The notes under the pieces are model-generated. The model was given only the letters and a program-made list of their open reading frames with translations. It was not told the DNA's origin and did no database searches. A DNA stretch of 63,631 nucleotides, the filler included, from Collodictyon triciliatum (lineage: Eukaryota), in assembly GCA_043381765.1 (NCBI GenBank). It is 19 parts of 19 records of this genome, joined end to end, with 100 filler letters (N's around TTAATTAATTAA, not from the genome) between each part and the next. Parts side by side here need not be neighbours in the genome. Positions count along the whole stretch, not along the records: positions 48,175 to 51,575 come from JBHJMP010007383.1; positions 51,676 to 55,077 come from JBHJMP010007384.1; positions 55,178 to 58,580 come from JBHJMP010007385.1; positions 58,681 to 62,082 come from JBHJMP010007386.1; positions 62,183 to 63,631 come from JBHJMP010007523.1; 14 more parts are not named here. One strand, written 5' to 3'. Positions 50,430-63,631 of the stretch are shown one piece after another. The position numbers were made by a program, and so were the translations under genes. How positions within the stretch are numbered: position 1 is the first letter of the stretch; every line of letters begins with the position of its first letter.

Positions 50430-51717
50430 CAGATAATCCGCAGCATTAGTAGTTCACTGGAATATTTGCCACCATCGAAGAGGATGAAATCTGCGTGATT
50501 TGAAAATTAGACTGTTCTATGGGTAATGAAGTCACCCATTCTCTATCATGTGTTAAACAATTAAAATGCCAACTTTATATTTTCATTTTATTTTACTTGA
50601 CCCGCATTCATACAAGGCAAATATTATATATCACATTGATCTTAATCTGATTTATACAACAAATATGCATATATGTCGAACCATTTCCAAAATTTACCGA
50701 ATTATGATTGACCATGTCTCTTGATTATTGCAATCGACATTATCATTGGTAGGTATGAATAATTTGTAAAATATGTGCTTGTTTCCTTTCAGCTCAGATT
50801 ATGGCTCCCAATTTTCTAGAATTCGAAATTACCTAAAGGTTGTCAATAAAAGGCTGTCCCATTTTCAGGTTGATGTCATTCCTTGGAGGGTAATTACGAG
50901 TGTAGCGGAATGTACAGGCCTTTCGCATCAGCTGCTGGATTATTTGAGATGCATTTTTTGTATATATGCTTTGTTTTACTGAATGAAAATAATTTTTTTA
51001 TAATCAAGAACATTCAAGCGTGATTTGGCTAATGGGTCAAAATGATCTAAACTAGTTAATTCTTTGTTCTCAGATAAAAATTTTAAATTTAATATAATGT
51101 ATAATCTTAAAACTACTACTTTGTATCAAAAGAATTTGTCTTTCATGATACATACACATTATTTTATTTTTACCTATAAATATGGGCTTAGTTAAAGATT
51201 CATCATTATATAGTTAAAAAAATAAGATCGTAATCAAGGGTGGAGTTTTAACCTCACCATTATACAAAAATATATTTATCCGATAATTTTTATCAATAAT
51301 ATTCCTTTTAGTGGAGTAATCATGAAAATCAAAAGTGAGAGGAATTTTACCAGTCGATTAATCGTTTTGAATCAACCGAGGCGGTCAAACAGAGAGAATA
51401 AAATATGATTATAGTATATTCTTAGACAATTATTAATCTGGTGAATTATTCGCCTTTAATCAATAGGAAGATGTCCGAGCCATCACCAAGCAGACAATCT
51501 GACGCCACCAATCAGACAATAATTGAGCCAACTCGAGAACCCACACCAGCCGATGAGAAAATCCGCAGGGGCTTANNNNNNNNNNNNNNNNNNNNNNNNN
51601 NNNNNNNNNNNNNNNNNNNTTAATTAATTAANNNNNNNNNNNNNNNNNNNNNNNNNNNNNNNNNNNNNNNNNNNNACAAAGTAAATAAAAAAAAAAATTA
51701 AAAAAAAAAAAAAAAAA

Positions 51718-51756
<39 letters not shown>

Positions 51757-53074
51757 CATGAAAAGCTTATGTCTACAAAGAGAACAAGACATCGATGAAA
51801 TGAACTGCGTCTCTATGCAAAAACCTGGCGCCTGAAAGAACCAGTCGCTTCGTCTCAGCACATTGAAAATGTCGCAATAGAAACATATCCAAGGCTTCAC
51901 TCCTCTCTTACTCCGCACAACAAGGTATCTTCAAGGTTGGATAGCAGAATTCTTTTTTTTTTATTTTGTCAAGAGTTTGAAAGCAGTCGGAAAGTCAACA
52001 TGAGACCAGTCTTTAAGGATGAAAAACGCGACGAATCCAAGTAAATCCCTGCAAAGCATCGAAAAAAGACAAGAGTTCATGTGTGTTTCTTAGGGGATAC
52101 AAAGACTCTACTCCCATAAGATTAAATCCAAGCACCTTTTGTCACCGTGTTACTTTCTAGTCATCAAGATAGGCAATCATAGTAATGAGGGGGCCCCTTC
52201 AACAAGAATGATTATATGACAAATAAAGGTAAAGAGAAAAGCAAAAGGCAACAGGAAAAAGAAAACAAAAAAATGAAAGTAGACGATAAATAATTGATTA
52301 AGCATTAACAAGTATTTTTTTTTAAAGGTAAGAGCCAAACCACTTACGAATCAAAACATGCTTCAGAAATATTATCTAAGAACACCACTCACAAAGCCAA
52401 CATCCCCACCATCCTGCGCAAAATTGAAAGGAAGAATAAAAAAAATAAAATAAATCTAAGAACAGCACCCAGCAAGCTTACAATACATACATTTATATAA
52501 GTATATTTTAATAATAAATTCTCAGGTGCTATAAAAGTGCCAACAAGAAGTAAAAAACAAACAAAAATTATCACTTTAACAGAGACAAGGTCATACTATC
52601 ACGCAACAAAGGCATACAGAAGGACGAAAAATAGCTAATGATATGCGTATATGCATGATTAATTAATCTTCATTCGAAGTTACCTCTGAATCATTCTCAT
52701 GAAAAAATGTTGGCAGTATTCTTTGACAGGTTGAATATTATGGAATATTTTAAAATTTTCTTCTAATTGATTAAAAAAAAAAAAGGAATAAAAATATAGC
52801 GCGATAACTCCCCCTTCTCCACCAGGGATACCATAACATTTTTTTTTTTTGTCGTTTCTTATTCATTTACGGTGCATGCCCAAATCAGAAACGAGTCTCG
52901 CATCTAGGACTCTGATGACTTTGCTTTATTCTTCAGGAGGAATGCTCAGAAAAATACGAGCTAACTTGATGTTCTTCCCTACTGAGACCACCAGGCTTAT
53001 GAATGTGCAGTTCACCAATTTTTTTTTTCATGGCCTTTTGACTGCTTTCAAAACCGGGAGGTATTGAAGAGTGG

Positions 53075-53572
53075 CTAGCAAATGCTGCGAATTAGGGATA
53101 TTTCTCCCTGGGTATCGCTTAGCAGGGCATTCCATTCTTTTAGGCATCTGTCCACAGCCTCATTCAACTCAAAGATGGTACGTGAGGGTAACAAGTCCCT
53201 GGGCTTTGATGTAAGAGAGATCTGAAGAGCAAATGATGATTCAAGAGCAAATTTAGAGGAATTGAGCTCCTGTTTAACTTGTTCTTTTACAATAGCAGAA
53301 AGTTCTCTCATCTTTTTGGTGGCTGTGTTAGTATCGCCCACATTTCTCCACAGAAGATAGTTATAGTCATATACGGTCCATAGATACAGCAAATCGTTTT
53401 CTCTCCTCAGGGTCTACTCAAATGCGTGATGATAGGAAAGGCTTTATTAGATGAATTGTAGATAATTTTTTATATAACAAAATAATGACACCAAACAATG
53501 AAAACCCTCTTCCCCCTTCATGTTGTTGGTTCATTTTTTTTTTATAAAAAAACGACACATTTTTCGAATAAG

Positions 53573-53670
<98 letters not shown>

Positions 53671-54850
53671 CACTTAAGTGTGGAGCAAAGATAATACAAC
53701 AGAAATAAATTTCAGCACTTCACTGACCTCAAACTTATCGATTACATAGACGTATTCGTCAACCAACGAAGTGCGGAATCGGCGTCGGGTAATCGACTGT
53801 TCTTTGATGTCTTCTCTCGTAAAATCATAGGTGGCAGTATTGATGGCTTCGGCAGAAAAGAAAACAGGACATACTGCTTCACACCTCACTTGATAGTCCC
53901 ATTCCTCCAACATGCCATTTCTAACAGACTCAGGAATGAAGATGGGAGCTCCTTGGAGACCAGGTCGGTCGATCCTCGAAGCAGGTTGATCATCCTGGTT
54001 GAACACAGGGTCCAAATTACTCTCCCAGTCCCACAGGAATTGCACAGCAGAGAGTCTCCAACGAGCGATCATCAGAGCTACTCTGTTACTCTTTATACGT
54101 TCTCGTTTTTTCAGACTTTGGGTCAAATAATACGGCACCATAAGGAGAATCTGAAGTTCCTTTCTATTCACAACGCGTCGGTGCGCGGTCCGGACCAGTT
54201 GGACTTGCTTCTCTCTTGAAGCAATAATAGCAGGATCATTCGAAGCTGTGTCTCCTAAATGGAAGGGAAAATCAACTATATCAATAAACCGCCTTGGTAT
54301 ATTCGCACCAATATGTTCTCTCAACAGAGAATAGATACATATACTATTGGGTTTAGTCAAACTAATACAGCCACGGGTGAAAGGTATGCATTTTTTTTTG
54401 AAAAGGACCTGAGTTTCTGTTTGCTTCGCGATGATGAAGAAGAGCCAATGAAGGAAGCTTCTGGGCCCATGTTGCAAGCAAAGTTCGCTGGACACTATCG
54501 TAGATAAGAAGAGCATCTATATGCGGCTCAACTGCTTGGCCAGCAATAGGTACCTTCGGCACACATGATGGCTTGAGGACTGTCGGTGTTTCCTTGGTGC
54601 AGTGACCAAATAACAAAAGGTCCCATAAGTTGTAAAGGCAGTCAGAGAATAAACCCGCCTTGAGTAGAGAAAGGCAGAAATCGATGGAGGTTTGGGTGTC
54701 CAGTTGGTCAGAATGAACGCTCATTGGAAGACTTCCTTTGTGGTGGCTTGAGTCTTGACTGCAGACGCCTACTAATATGGCCGTGAGCAGAGGTAGCTTT
54801 GTTGGGTAGGAATTAACCAAAAGGTCGGTTATGATGAGGGCTGAACTTTG
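53075..54850 (-). CDS. Hypothetical protein, 3' exons
   Basis: Three long open segments (about 54405-54850, 53728-54345 and 53075-53415) are separated by GT..AG introns, one containing (GTT)n, and end in TAG at 53075. No family was recognised. Confidence 0.55.
53573..53670. repeat. (AAC)n microsatellite in an intron
   Basis: About 32 perfect AAC units. Confidence 0.95.
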
Positions 54851-55338
54851 AGCAGGTCACTTCAGGGACAAGAGAAGAAAAAAAGAATAGAAAAGAATAG
54901 AAAAGAATAGAAAAGAAAAGAATAGAAAAGAAAAGAATAGAAAAGAAAAGAAAAGAATAGAAAAGAATAGAAAAGAATAGAAAAGAAAAGAATAGAAAAG
55001 AATAGAAAAGAATAGAAAAGAATAGAAAAGAATAGAAAAGAATAGAAAAGAATAGAAAAGAATAGAAAAGAATAGAANNNNNNNNNNNNNNNNNNNNNNN
55101 NNNNNNNNNNNNNNNNNNNNNTTAATTAATTAANNNNNNNNNNNNNNNNNNNNNNNNNNNNNNNNNNNNNNNNNNNNTTTTGTTTTGTTTTGTTTTGTTT
55201 TGTTTTGTTTTGTTTTGTTTTGTTTTGTTTTGTTTTGTTTTGTTTTGTTTTGTTTTGTTTTGTTTTGTTTTGTCTTATTTTATTTTATTGGGATCATCAG
55301 GATGCTGGTTTATGATATGGATGTGCTGAAACAGTAAC

Positions 55339-56258
55339 CTTTTTCTTGGAACTCCAGAACAGCAGCTTCAGACTCTATCTTTGTTTGGCAATAAGGATTG
55401 TTTTCACCTCGAAAAGGCCCAACTTCTGTGATGTTGTGATGGAAGTGAAATCCGTACACCATGACAGATGACAAATGAACAAAAGTGCTAGCTCCAAGAT
55501 TCTTTGCCGAACTGCACATGTTACTAAAAGAGCCAACAATTAGTTACGATGACCAGTTTAACCGGAAGAAATCGGCATTTTATCATATATATAATACCTA
55601 ATAACGCACTCTTACAAATAAAGTAGCAATATTTTACTTTTACAAGGCCGGATAATAAAGCCCTCGTTTTATACCAACTCATGTTTTCTTTCCAAATTTT
55701 GTTAATGCATAAAGTAGAATTATCATATGGAAATGCGAACCGGCTTCCTTCCACATTTACTTTACGGAATAAGTCCATGCTCCCGTCTTCCAGTACAATT
55801 GCAGCGGTATGAAAAACGATATCAGCTCCGACGCATAGTTGATCAGCGTCATGGCTTTGCGAATAGAAAAATGTTGTTTGCATAATACCATCACACAAAT
55901 AAAATGGAATAAATAGGACTGGAGCTCTCATTCGGCAAAATAAGCTCATCGTCAAGTAAATGTGTTCTGGAGAAAAAAAAACTACAGTTCTCCATACCTG
56001 TTCGTCACGTCTCCCTGCATGATCTGAATAGAGGATTCGGGCTGCATGTTTGTTGGTTATTGATTGAACGGTATGTTTTTGGTGATATCTTTTCTAAAAT
56101 TCATTATAAAACAGTAATAGCATATTATGGCAATGTATACTCTTACAATTTTATGTCTTGTACAAAGTAACTTGGCCTTATTCTGAGCGCGAATAGTGGC
56201 CTCTGGTGATAATTCCAATCTTCGCATAGATAATGGGTCAAATTAAAAGAGGTTTTGG

Positions 56259-56311
<53 letters not shown>

Positions 56312-56965
56312 CGTTAATAAATGAAACTGAAGAACTGAATAATGGACTACAACAAATATAAGATACGCAAAAAGCCTGTATCGCAATAAGTTCAAGAGGA
56401 GCATTATATACGTAGAAGCCCATACAAAGTATTTGGAAATGTGTTGCTAAAGGGAAAGAAGAAAATAAAAAAAACCAAAGGGTAGAATAGACCCAATATA
56501 ATCAGAGAACAAATGTATATAATAAAAAAAAAAAAAGGACAAAGAAATATCAAGAAATGCGATGCTTACCCTTTCACCGTCATTCCCAGCTCGATTGCCC
56601 TTTCTACCATACGGAATCCGATGAAGCCGCCAACTCCAGTGATGGCGATGCATTTCCCTTGCAAGAAGGATGCGCTTGGATTTCGGCCTTTTCCTGGAGA
56701 TACATTTTTCGTATTCTTTAGAACAATATGTTTCTTTCATATTTCTTTCATATTTCTTTCATATTTCTTTCATATTTCTTTCATATTTCTTTCATATTTC
56801 TTTCATATTTCTTTCATGATATGGAGCATATGAAAGAAAAAAAGAAAGGAAAGGAAAACAGTTTACATATCTCACAGGAGCGCTAGTAAGATGAAACGGA
56901 TCAGGAAAGTAAACCGCACCTAGGTTATACGGCTTCACCGGGGGAAGTGGCGATCGCATAAACAT
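55339..56965 (-). CDS. Extended SDR (NAD-dependent epimerase / 3-beta-HSD-like), 5' part
   Basis: Motifs IAITGVGGFIG (Rossmann), GDVT, DIVFHTAA, VNVEGS, FVHLSSVMVYG and NPYCQTKIESE (YxxxK) are present. Confidence 0.88.
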
Positions 56966-57275
56966 CCTGCAGCAGAACAACTGGCGTCCGATATTCCAGG
57001 TATCAGTCAAGAAGCAGATCAAACACAAGCGAGTCTTTCAGAAATCAGAGTCATGAATGTAAGAAAACAACACGCCAATAAAACGAAGGAAAAAAAAAAA
57101 AGCAAGTATATTAGAAAACTGATAAAAAAAAAAAAACTAGCCAAAGCCATTTCGCATTTTTTCAGAGTCAAACGCAGGTCTGATTCAAGAACGATTTTGT
57201 ATCATTTTTTTAATATATTATTAGCTGTATTTTCGCAAAGCACATCGCCCTTTGCTTCGGTGTGCATCCTTCATC

Positions 57276-58514
57276 TCAGGCGTCCATGTGGAGAAACTTG
57301 TAGACGCAGCAGTCAATCGAGGCAAACACTAAATCCCCGTTTGAGTCTACCTCTATCCCTCTCGGTCCGTTTGCGCTGATTGTTTGTGTGACATGTCCGT
57401 CTTTCGAATAGTATGTAACACTGCTGTGCATGTTGTCCGAGATGATGAAGCCTCCTGATGGCCCGCGTGCCATGTAATTCCACCCTCCAGAAGCGAGTGG
57501 CTTAATAGAAATATCACGCAAGTGAGTTCCATCCAACGAAAACACATGCACCTGAGACCCGCCCATGCTAATCACAAGAAGTTCTCTGTCATCGTTGATG
57601 GTCATACCCATGGGCTCGGTCATCGGCACCTTTGTGGTAAAAATCGATACCAACTCGCCGCTGGTCGCCAGTTTTTTGACACATTTTCCGGATGACTCAC
57701 TGACATAAATAAAGTTCTCTTCGTCAAAAATGACGCACTGCGGCGAACTTAAAGAGAACCTTGTTTCTTCTGCACCGCCGATAATGTGTGTCAGGCTGAG
57801 GCTGTTGTCGTACAGGTGAATGCAGTTCATGTCTCTGTTAGTAACAGCAATGATTTCTCCATTGAACGAGATTCCAATATCACGAGGGTATTGGAAATTG
57901 CCTCTTGTAGCCCCATGCTCGCCCACATTTCTCAGGACATTCAGGTTAGAATCCATCACACAAACACGGTGGTTGTCCGAGTCTGCGATGTATATGTCGT
58001 GCGTCACGGGATGGATAGCCATTCCAACAGGATACTGCAAGTTTTGATGCTGCTCTTTGGATGATGACGTCGCATTCTCTTTATCGTAGTTGTAGTAGGG
58101 AACAGGCTTTCGTCCTCCTCTTACAATAGTCAGTATCTCTAAATCTGATTGGTCAGAGTGGATTACATCAGGCAGAAGCAAGGTAAGCGGATACGGAGGA
58201 ATAATGGATATTTGGCTGCCTATCAGTGCAGATAAGTTGCGAAGATTTTGAGCCGCTGCGATGGCAATGCGCGAGTGAGATGTTTTGGGGACATTCGTGG
58301 CGATCTTTTTTGCCGAGCCGATATCATAGAGCCTCATATGACCCAGGAGGTTTATTGCATATGCTTCTGCGGATGAAATATTCTTCTTCATGGCTCCACT
58401 ATGTCGCTTCATCTGTTTAATTACTTCATTAATAGTTTCACACGGAATCGCCCTCCATATTAAAAAAAAAAATCGCGTGAGATATCGTGATATTTGGACA
58501 TATTTTAAGTACAT
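57276..58514 (-). CDS. NHL-repeat beta-propeller protein, terminal exon
   Basis: A 412-codon ORF carries repeats LQYPVGMAI..IYIADSDNHRV, FQYPRDIGI, LSSPQCVIF, MTEPMGMTI and NGPRGIEV. The true 5' boundary is probably a splice site near 58455. Confidence 0.88.
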   Translation of the reverse strand: MYLKYVQISRYLTRFFFLIWRAIPCETINEVIKQMKRHSGAMKKNISSAEAYAINLLGHMRLYDIGSAKKIATNVPKTSHSRIAIAAAQNLRNLSALIGSQISIIPPYPLTLLLPDVIHSDQSDLEILTIVRGGRKPVPYYNYDKENATSSSKEQHQNLQYPVGMAIHPVTHDIYIADSDNHRVCVMDSNLNVLRNVGEHGATRGNFQYPRDIGISFNGEIIAVTNRDMNCIHLYDNSLSLTHIIGGAEETRFSLSSPQCVIFDEENFIYVSESSGKCVKKLATSGELVSIFTTKVPMTEPMGMTINDDRELLVISMGGSQVHVFSLDGTHLRDISIKPLASGGWNYMARGPSGGFIISDNMHSSVTYYSKDGHVTQTISANGPRGIEVDSNGDLVFASIDCCVYKFLHMDA

Positions 58515-59318
58515 TTGCTATTTGTATGTTCATTATATTTGAACTTTCACCTGAGCAAACCCGAGCTCCAAGTAGACAGTNNNNNNNNNNNNNNNNNNNN
58601 NNNNNNNNNNNNNNNNNNNNNNNNTTAATTAATTAANNNNNNNNNNNNNNNNNNNNNNNNNNNNNNNNNNNNNNNNNNNNGCGCAGTTCAGCACCGCATC
58701 CTCTTGGACGGCTGCCTGGGCGCCTGCTTCGGACTCGACGGCACTTTCTATGCCACGAGTCTTTCGCAGAAGTCGGTCTCGGCCTTCTCTGCCAACCCCC
58801 AATAACCTTTCCCTTCATTTTCTTTTACTGATGCAGCAACAACATTTACAATCAAAAAAAAAAAGCTTTCAACCATGAATCAGATGAATCCACACCAATC
58901 GAATAAAAGCAAAAGCCAGCGAACTAGTCGTTGGAAATAACGGAAAGCCGAATTGTCTCTGTGTCGTTGGATTGCAAACCTGGAAAGTATGACAAAAATA
59001 TCAAAGATGCATAAATAAACAGAGCTTAAGGCACAGCAGTGAGTGATAATGATGGTAGTTATATTTAATGCACATATTGGCATTTCTAATGACTACATTT
59101 CCTATGAGATACTACAAACTCAACAAATCGGTGGTTTATGTGTGATGGAGTCTTTGCAAGCGCCATCAATAATTTTTTTTCACATCAAAATGGCACGACT
59201 TGGTTCAGGTTTGAAGCGAGTTGATGAATCTTTTTTTAATTAGAATGCATTTTTTATTTTTGTTTGTGAAGCCCATCTTATTTGCATATCTCGACACAAC
59301 CCTTCTTTATTTCACTAC

Positions 59319-59850
59319 TTCCCTTTATTCGATTCATAGCGCAACAAGGTTATGCCATGCAAGAGGCGAGATAGCTGCGCATGACAGAACAAACGTGAGT
59401 AAGAGAAGATGCAACTATGGATATGATGGTACCGGAAACAAATCGGTGATAGCGAGTTGGTCAGGCGGGCGTCCCAAGTGGTTGATTGGTTGCGTGGGTA
59501 GCAGGGGTTGGATATACTGTGGGAGATATCGCACGACACATTTCCACATCTCTCTTCGCTTGCGGTGAGAGTAGCTGGGACGTGCGGGCTTGCTTCCAGC
59601 TTTTGACTATCGGCGGGTCTATAATGCCTATAGTATCGGCCAATCGACTCATTTTCTACAGTATGTAAGGATTAGGACTGGTGATATCATATCGAAAGAA
59701 ATTAGAAAATGCAATATTCATCGAGAAATGGCGGAGAGTCGAGTGTGTTTGGCCATCTTTGGTGTAAAAAAAAAAAAAAACAGCAACTTAATACCTTCAG
59801 TCGTACAATAGAGAATCTTAACTGGTCCGCCTGGTTGAATGGGATGAGCT
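59319..59850 (-). mobile_element. Second copy of the non-autonomous element with LINE-derived 3' end
   Basis: Collinear with 15992-16515 over its whole length, including the internal A tract. The 5' end may extend further right. Confidence 0.85.
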
Positions 59851-60659
59851 CCTTGAAAAATTGCATTTATCCCACCATTTGCTCAATACCAATTTATTGG
59901 ATTTCACGTTGTAATCGATGCGAGTGTGCGATTGGGTTGGAAATCCTTTATAGGATATTTTATTGTTCACACGTGCGATACAATCCATTCGATTGCACCC
60001 AAATTCATATTGATAAAAAAACCGACTGATAAAAATAAATAAGGCATAGAAAATCCAAGAGATTTCTTGATAAATAGTCAAAAAAAAATGAAATGGGTGT
60101 ATAAAATGATAATTAATCGATAGATATTTACTTGTGCGCCACCATGTCCAAGTGGTGTCCGTCCAAACAAAGGCTAGCGAACCAAGGGCAACACCGCCCA
60201 TCGTGCACAAAGTAAAAGCAGCAATTTATATATATGATAATTAATTAGATATTGAAATACATTTATTGCAAAAAAATTATGTATCATAACAATCACTACT
60301 AAATATCCGTTAAATTGGGAGGTATGCTGCTACCAACAGCACGAAAGGACAATGGCTGAATGAAAATACACCCACTTGTATGCATATTTTGATGTCAGGT
60401 CGGAGCTAAACATTTACCACCAGGCAAGTTTTTTTTTGATTAAAAACAAGTATCAATCTGATTTGTTCAACTATTTTTTTCTTTTTCGACAGTCAGCCCC
60501 ACCCCTCACAACACTTCTAAGTATCTATGTCCCTCACGCAGTCGCGTCGCTCTTTTTGTGCGTTCTGTCACGTGCATTCACTTAGCAAATAAAAAGTATG
60601 CAAGACACTCACAAAAAACCAGCACACTCGCCTGCGCAGTCCCCGCCTCATTCTTGTCG

Positions 60660-62082
60660 TGACGTCTAACCGAACAGATATTTCTGAAGAGCTTGCAAAG
60701 ATCTGGTAGTTTCCCGAAATTTCTCTTTTAAAGGCTCCGCGATTGTACAGCTACTACAATTTAAATTAAAAAATTAAAAATTTTTAACCTTATACCTGCC
60801 AGGGTTTTCTCGTTGACAGAAATAATGGAGTGCAACTTTGGAATAAGTTTTATTCTCGTAAGAAAAACCATGTTTGACAAACTAAAACAATTTGGTGTCT
60901 AAACAACACGATATATTTTCATTGATGTTGGAATAAAAAGAGTCGTACAGTGATGTGCGCAGATGGAGAAGCTTACAACACAAATTCAAGCGCCTATAAA
61001 TCTGAAGCTCTGCATGAAACACATTTGCAGACAAGCCATAAGAAGGGCATCGTGTGGCATCTCATCACTTCCTTTCCTGAAAAGATACATGACATAATAA
61101 TTACAAACACATACACGCTCTGCAACTCTACTACATGTAGGCACACGTACATACCAGATGGTACACGGCCAACATACTCCCTTCAGGTCGATATCCCAGA
61201 TAGAACCTGCAACATTGAGAAACGCATAAAAACGAAGAATCAGCTAGTTAATAATTTTTTTTCGTCCTTCGCAATCCATTTCCTGACTATACTCCATGAA
61301 ACATCTCTCTCAAACGACCCATCACCTATTACATGCCTCTCAGAAAAGAACACGGACTTCTTGACCACACACTTTGAGAGAAACATGAAAAATATCTTGG
61401 GCACAGCTGCCTTTGGTTTGGTCTTGAGGTGTAGTCGAAGGAGAGCCTCTTTACCGTCAAGAAGGGTGAGTGGCATATCTCTCTTTGCAGCTGCCAAAGG
61501 CTCTGGCCGAGAAAAAGGGCAGCATCATGTTCAGGCTGCAGCACCGCCCAAACACCATGGCGTTCTACGACTTTGGATTCTGGGGCAACGACCTGCTCTT
61601 TCCATGGAGTCTGCAGAAGTCGAAGAGCTCTGCTTGTTCATAAAAATTATATGGCACTTAGACGACATCACTTCAAATATGGCATGCATACAATTCAAGG
61701 CCTTTTATACCTGCATTTACATGGCCGAAGGTTCATCCAGCGCCGTGACCTAAAGATCTAAAACTCCTGCTTGTGAACGGTATTTCCGAGCTATCTGAAA
61801 TCAGCCTTGTAAAATTGGCGCGTTCATCAACTCTGTTAGTGGCTTCAAAGGCTCAAAGAACTTGTCACCGAGGCCTTTCGAGATTGGAAAAGGTATTGGG
61901 CTGCCTAGTGATATCAACTCGTATGAGATGGTCTTCTGGTCTATCTTGAGTAAAGTGTATTAGTATGAGAGCATCACTATAGAATGAGGTCAGCACAAGA
62001 GCCACGGGCGGTGAATTTCCTCCTCTCTCCCATCGCATCATGTCCTTCTTGACTCGCAGTTCTGAACCACATACGCTGGGAT
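60660..62082 (+). pseudogene. Decayed paralog of the LRR-kinase-SAM gene at 24335-26207
   Basis: Collinear nucleotide similarity (e.g. CAGATGGAGAAGCTT vs CAGATGGAGGAGCTT; CTTGACCACACACTTTGAG vs GCTGACCACAGACTTTGAG; CTGCTTGTGAACGG; CTGCCTAGTGAT) with frameshifts, stops and a lost intron donor. Confidence 0.85.
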
Positions 62083-62182
62083 NNNNNNNNNNNNNNNNNN
62101 NNNNNNNNNNNNNNNNNNNNNNNNNNTTAATTAATTAANNNNNNNNNNNNNNNNNNNNNNNNNNNNNNNNNNNNNNNNNNNN

Positions 62183-62495
62183 CATTATCATTATCATTAT
62201 CATTATCATTATCATTATCATCATCATTATCATCATCATTATCATTATCATTATCATTATCATTATCATTATCATTATCATTATCATTATCATTATCATT
62301 ATCATTATCATTATCATTATCATTATCATTATCATTATCATTATCATTATCATTATCATTATCATCATCATTATCATTATCATTATCATCATCATTATAA
62401 TTATCATCATCATTATCATTATCATTATCATTATCATTATCATTATGATTATCATTATCATTATCATCATCATCATCATCATTATCATCATCATT
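62183..62495. repeat. (CATTAT)n/(CAT)n compound microsatellite
   Basis: About 310 nt of hexamer/trimer repeats at the scaffold start. Confidence 0.95.
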
Positions 62496-62614
62496 CTCAT
62501 CATATACTATATTTTACTTCCTTCATCCTGTAGCCATAAGGTGGGCTTTTTATCATATATACTCATTAGAGCTGTTTTCTTTCAGCAAAAATAAAACTCA
62601 ATTCTGTCTTGCAG

Positions 62615-63468
62615 AAGAAACTGTCGAGGAATTAGAAGAGGCCAACAAGGATGAGGATTATGACGATGAGTTTGAGGCAGATGATGAGGAAGTTCAGGAT
62701 GAGACAGCCGAAGATGAAGAAGGTTCCTCGAGTGAAAGTGATGGCCTTGATGGTGATGGTGATTCAGGGACGCAGTTTGGATCTGAAGGGGGCTCAAATA
62801 GAGTAATTTATTATTTTGTGATGCTTTATTATGGCCATTTGCTCCCATTTCGCTCTAAGGACCACAGTCTTCAGACAAAATCAAAATCTGATGAATCCAC
62901 TGGACGTTAGGGCGACCTATTTGATGACGAAGCAGAAAACGAGAGCGAAAAAAACTCTCCAACAAATCACCAAGACGTGTCTTTTGACCCGAAACAAACA
63001 AAGGACATACCTAGCGCGCAGGAGCAAAATTCTTCGAAAAACGTCGATAAACGAGACACTCTAAAGCAGATGAAGTCCCAAAAGAGCATGCGGGAAAATG
63101 TGCCGATTATACCTGATTGGATGAAGCGAAGCAATTCAAAGATGCTTTCTGATGTTGTGGGGGAAGTATGTGCTTTCCCCCTGATGTATATTGATCACTG
63201 GCGTTGAAATATTCTCCATATTGAATATGTACACACACTAAATAATTTAAAGCGTAAAAAATGATAGCAACTCTCGCATGAAAAATAACCTAGCATTACC
63301 TAATATTTCCAGATTAAAAAACTGGACGACAAATCAGACGTCTTTTTTGATGATGCAGAGGTCGACTTCAATTTTGTTGCCGACTTTAGCAAACTGCTAT
63401 CCATTGTGCGGTACCTCCTTCATACTGTCCGAAAGCAATCCAAGATAATCAAAGAGCTGGAGTCAACT
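62615..63468 (+). CDS. Hypothetical acidic protein, internal exons
   Basis: Exons EETVEELEEANKDEDYDDEFEADDEE..., GDLFDDEAENESE... and IKKLDDKSDVFFDD...IKELEST are bounded by AG/GT. Confidence 0.5.
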
Positions 63469-63631
63469 GTGAGTTTATATTTCGCACCAATTCTTCATTT
63501 TCCACTACCTATCACCACAAATTATGTTTCTAGATTTCGAAGCTATTTTCTTCCTTTTTTTTTTTTTTTTTAAAAAAAAAAAAATTTTTTTTTTTTTAAT
63601 TTTTTTGGTAATTTATTAATATTTTTTTTTT

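Noticed and set aside
48905-51575. Coding-looking patches upstream of the RT fragment
   Set aside because: No consistent exon chain or recognisable motif could be assembled; left unannotated.
51770-52840. Possible micro-exon gene on the minus strand
   Set aside because: A few AG/GT-bounded pieces exist, but no confident reading frame or family was found.

Overview
This window is not a contiguous locus. It is 19 unrelated scaffolds (mostly about 3.4 kb, roughly descending in length) joined by an artificial 100-nt spacer (N44-TTAATTAATTAA-N44), so nothing can be inferred from adjacency across spacers. The DNA is AT-rich and intron-dense, from a microbial eukaryote that uses the standard genetic code and is very probably flagellated (IFT43, CFAP77). 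Most scaffolds break inside microsatellites. Recognisable spliced genes, mostly partial: a Rubicon-homology protein, two LRR proteins, an LRR-kinase-SAM protein and its decayed paralog, an inositol polyphosphate kinase next to a PRUNE/PPX1 exopolyphosphatase, RPAP2/Rtr1, an intron-containing EttA-type ABC-F, a receptor TKL kinase-adenylyl cyclase, a FYVE-PH protein, CFAP77, IFT43, a MOSC protein, an extended SDR and an NHL-repeat protein. Mobile DNA includes L1/Tx1-type LINE fragments, several non-autonomous insertions sharing the LINE 3' tail (two with clear target-site duplications), a decayed Helitron and a separate Helitron 3' terminus. The strongest candidate system is a modular LRR repertoire. 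Fourteen exactly 69-nt, phase-0, one-LRR-per-exon cassettes occur in two genes. An LRR-kinase-SAM family has 69-nt LRR units that vary mainly at the exposed xxLxLxx positions and appear to differ in number between paralogs, which suggests a diversifying recognition or immune-like receptor family. Exon boundaries and family assignments were read by eye; no database searches were run.
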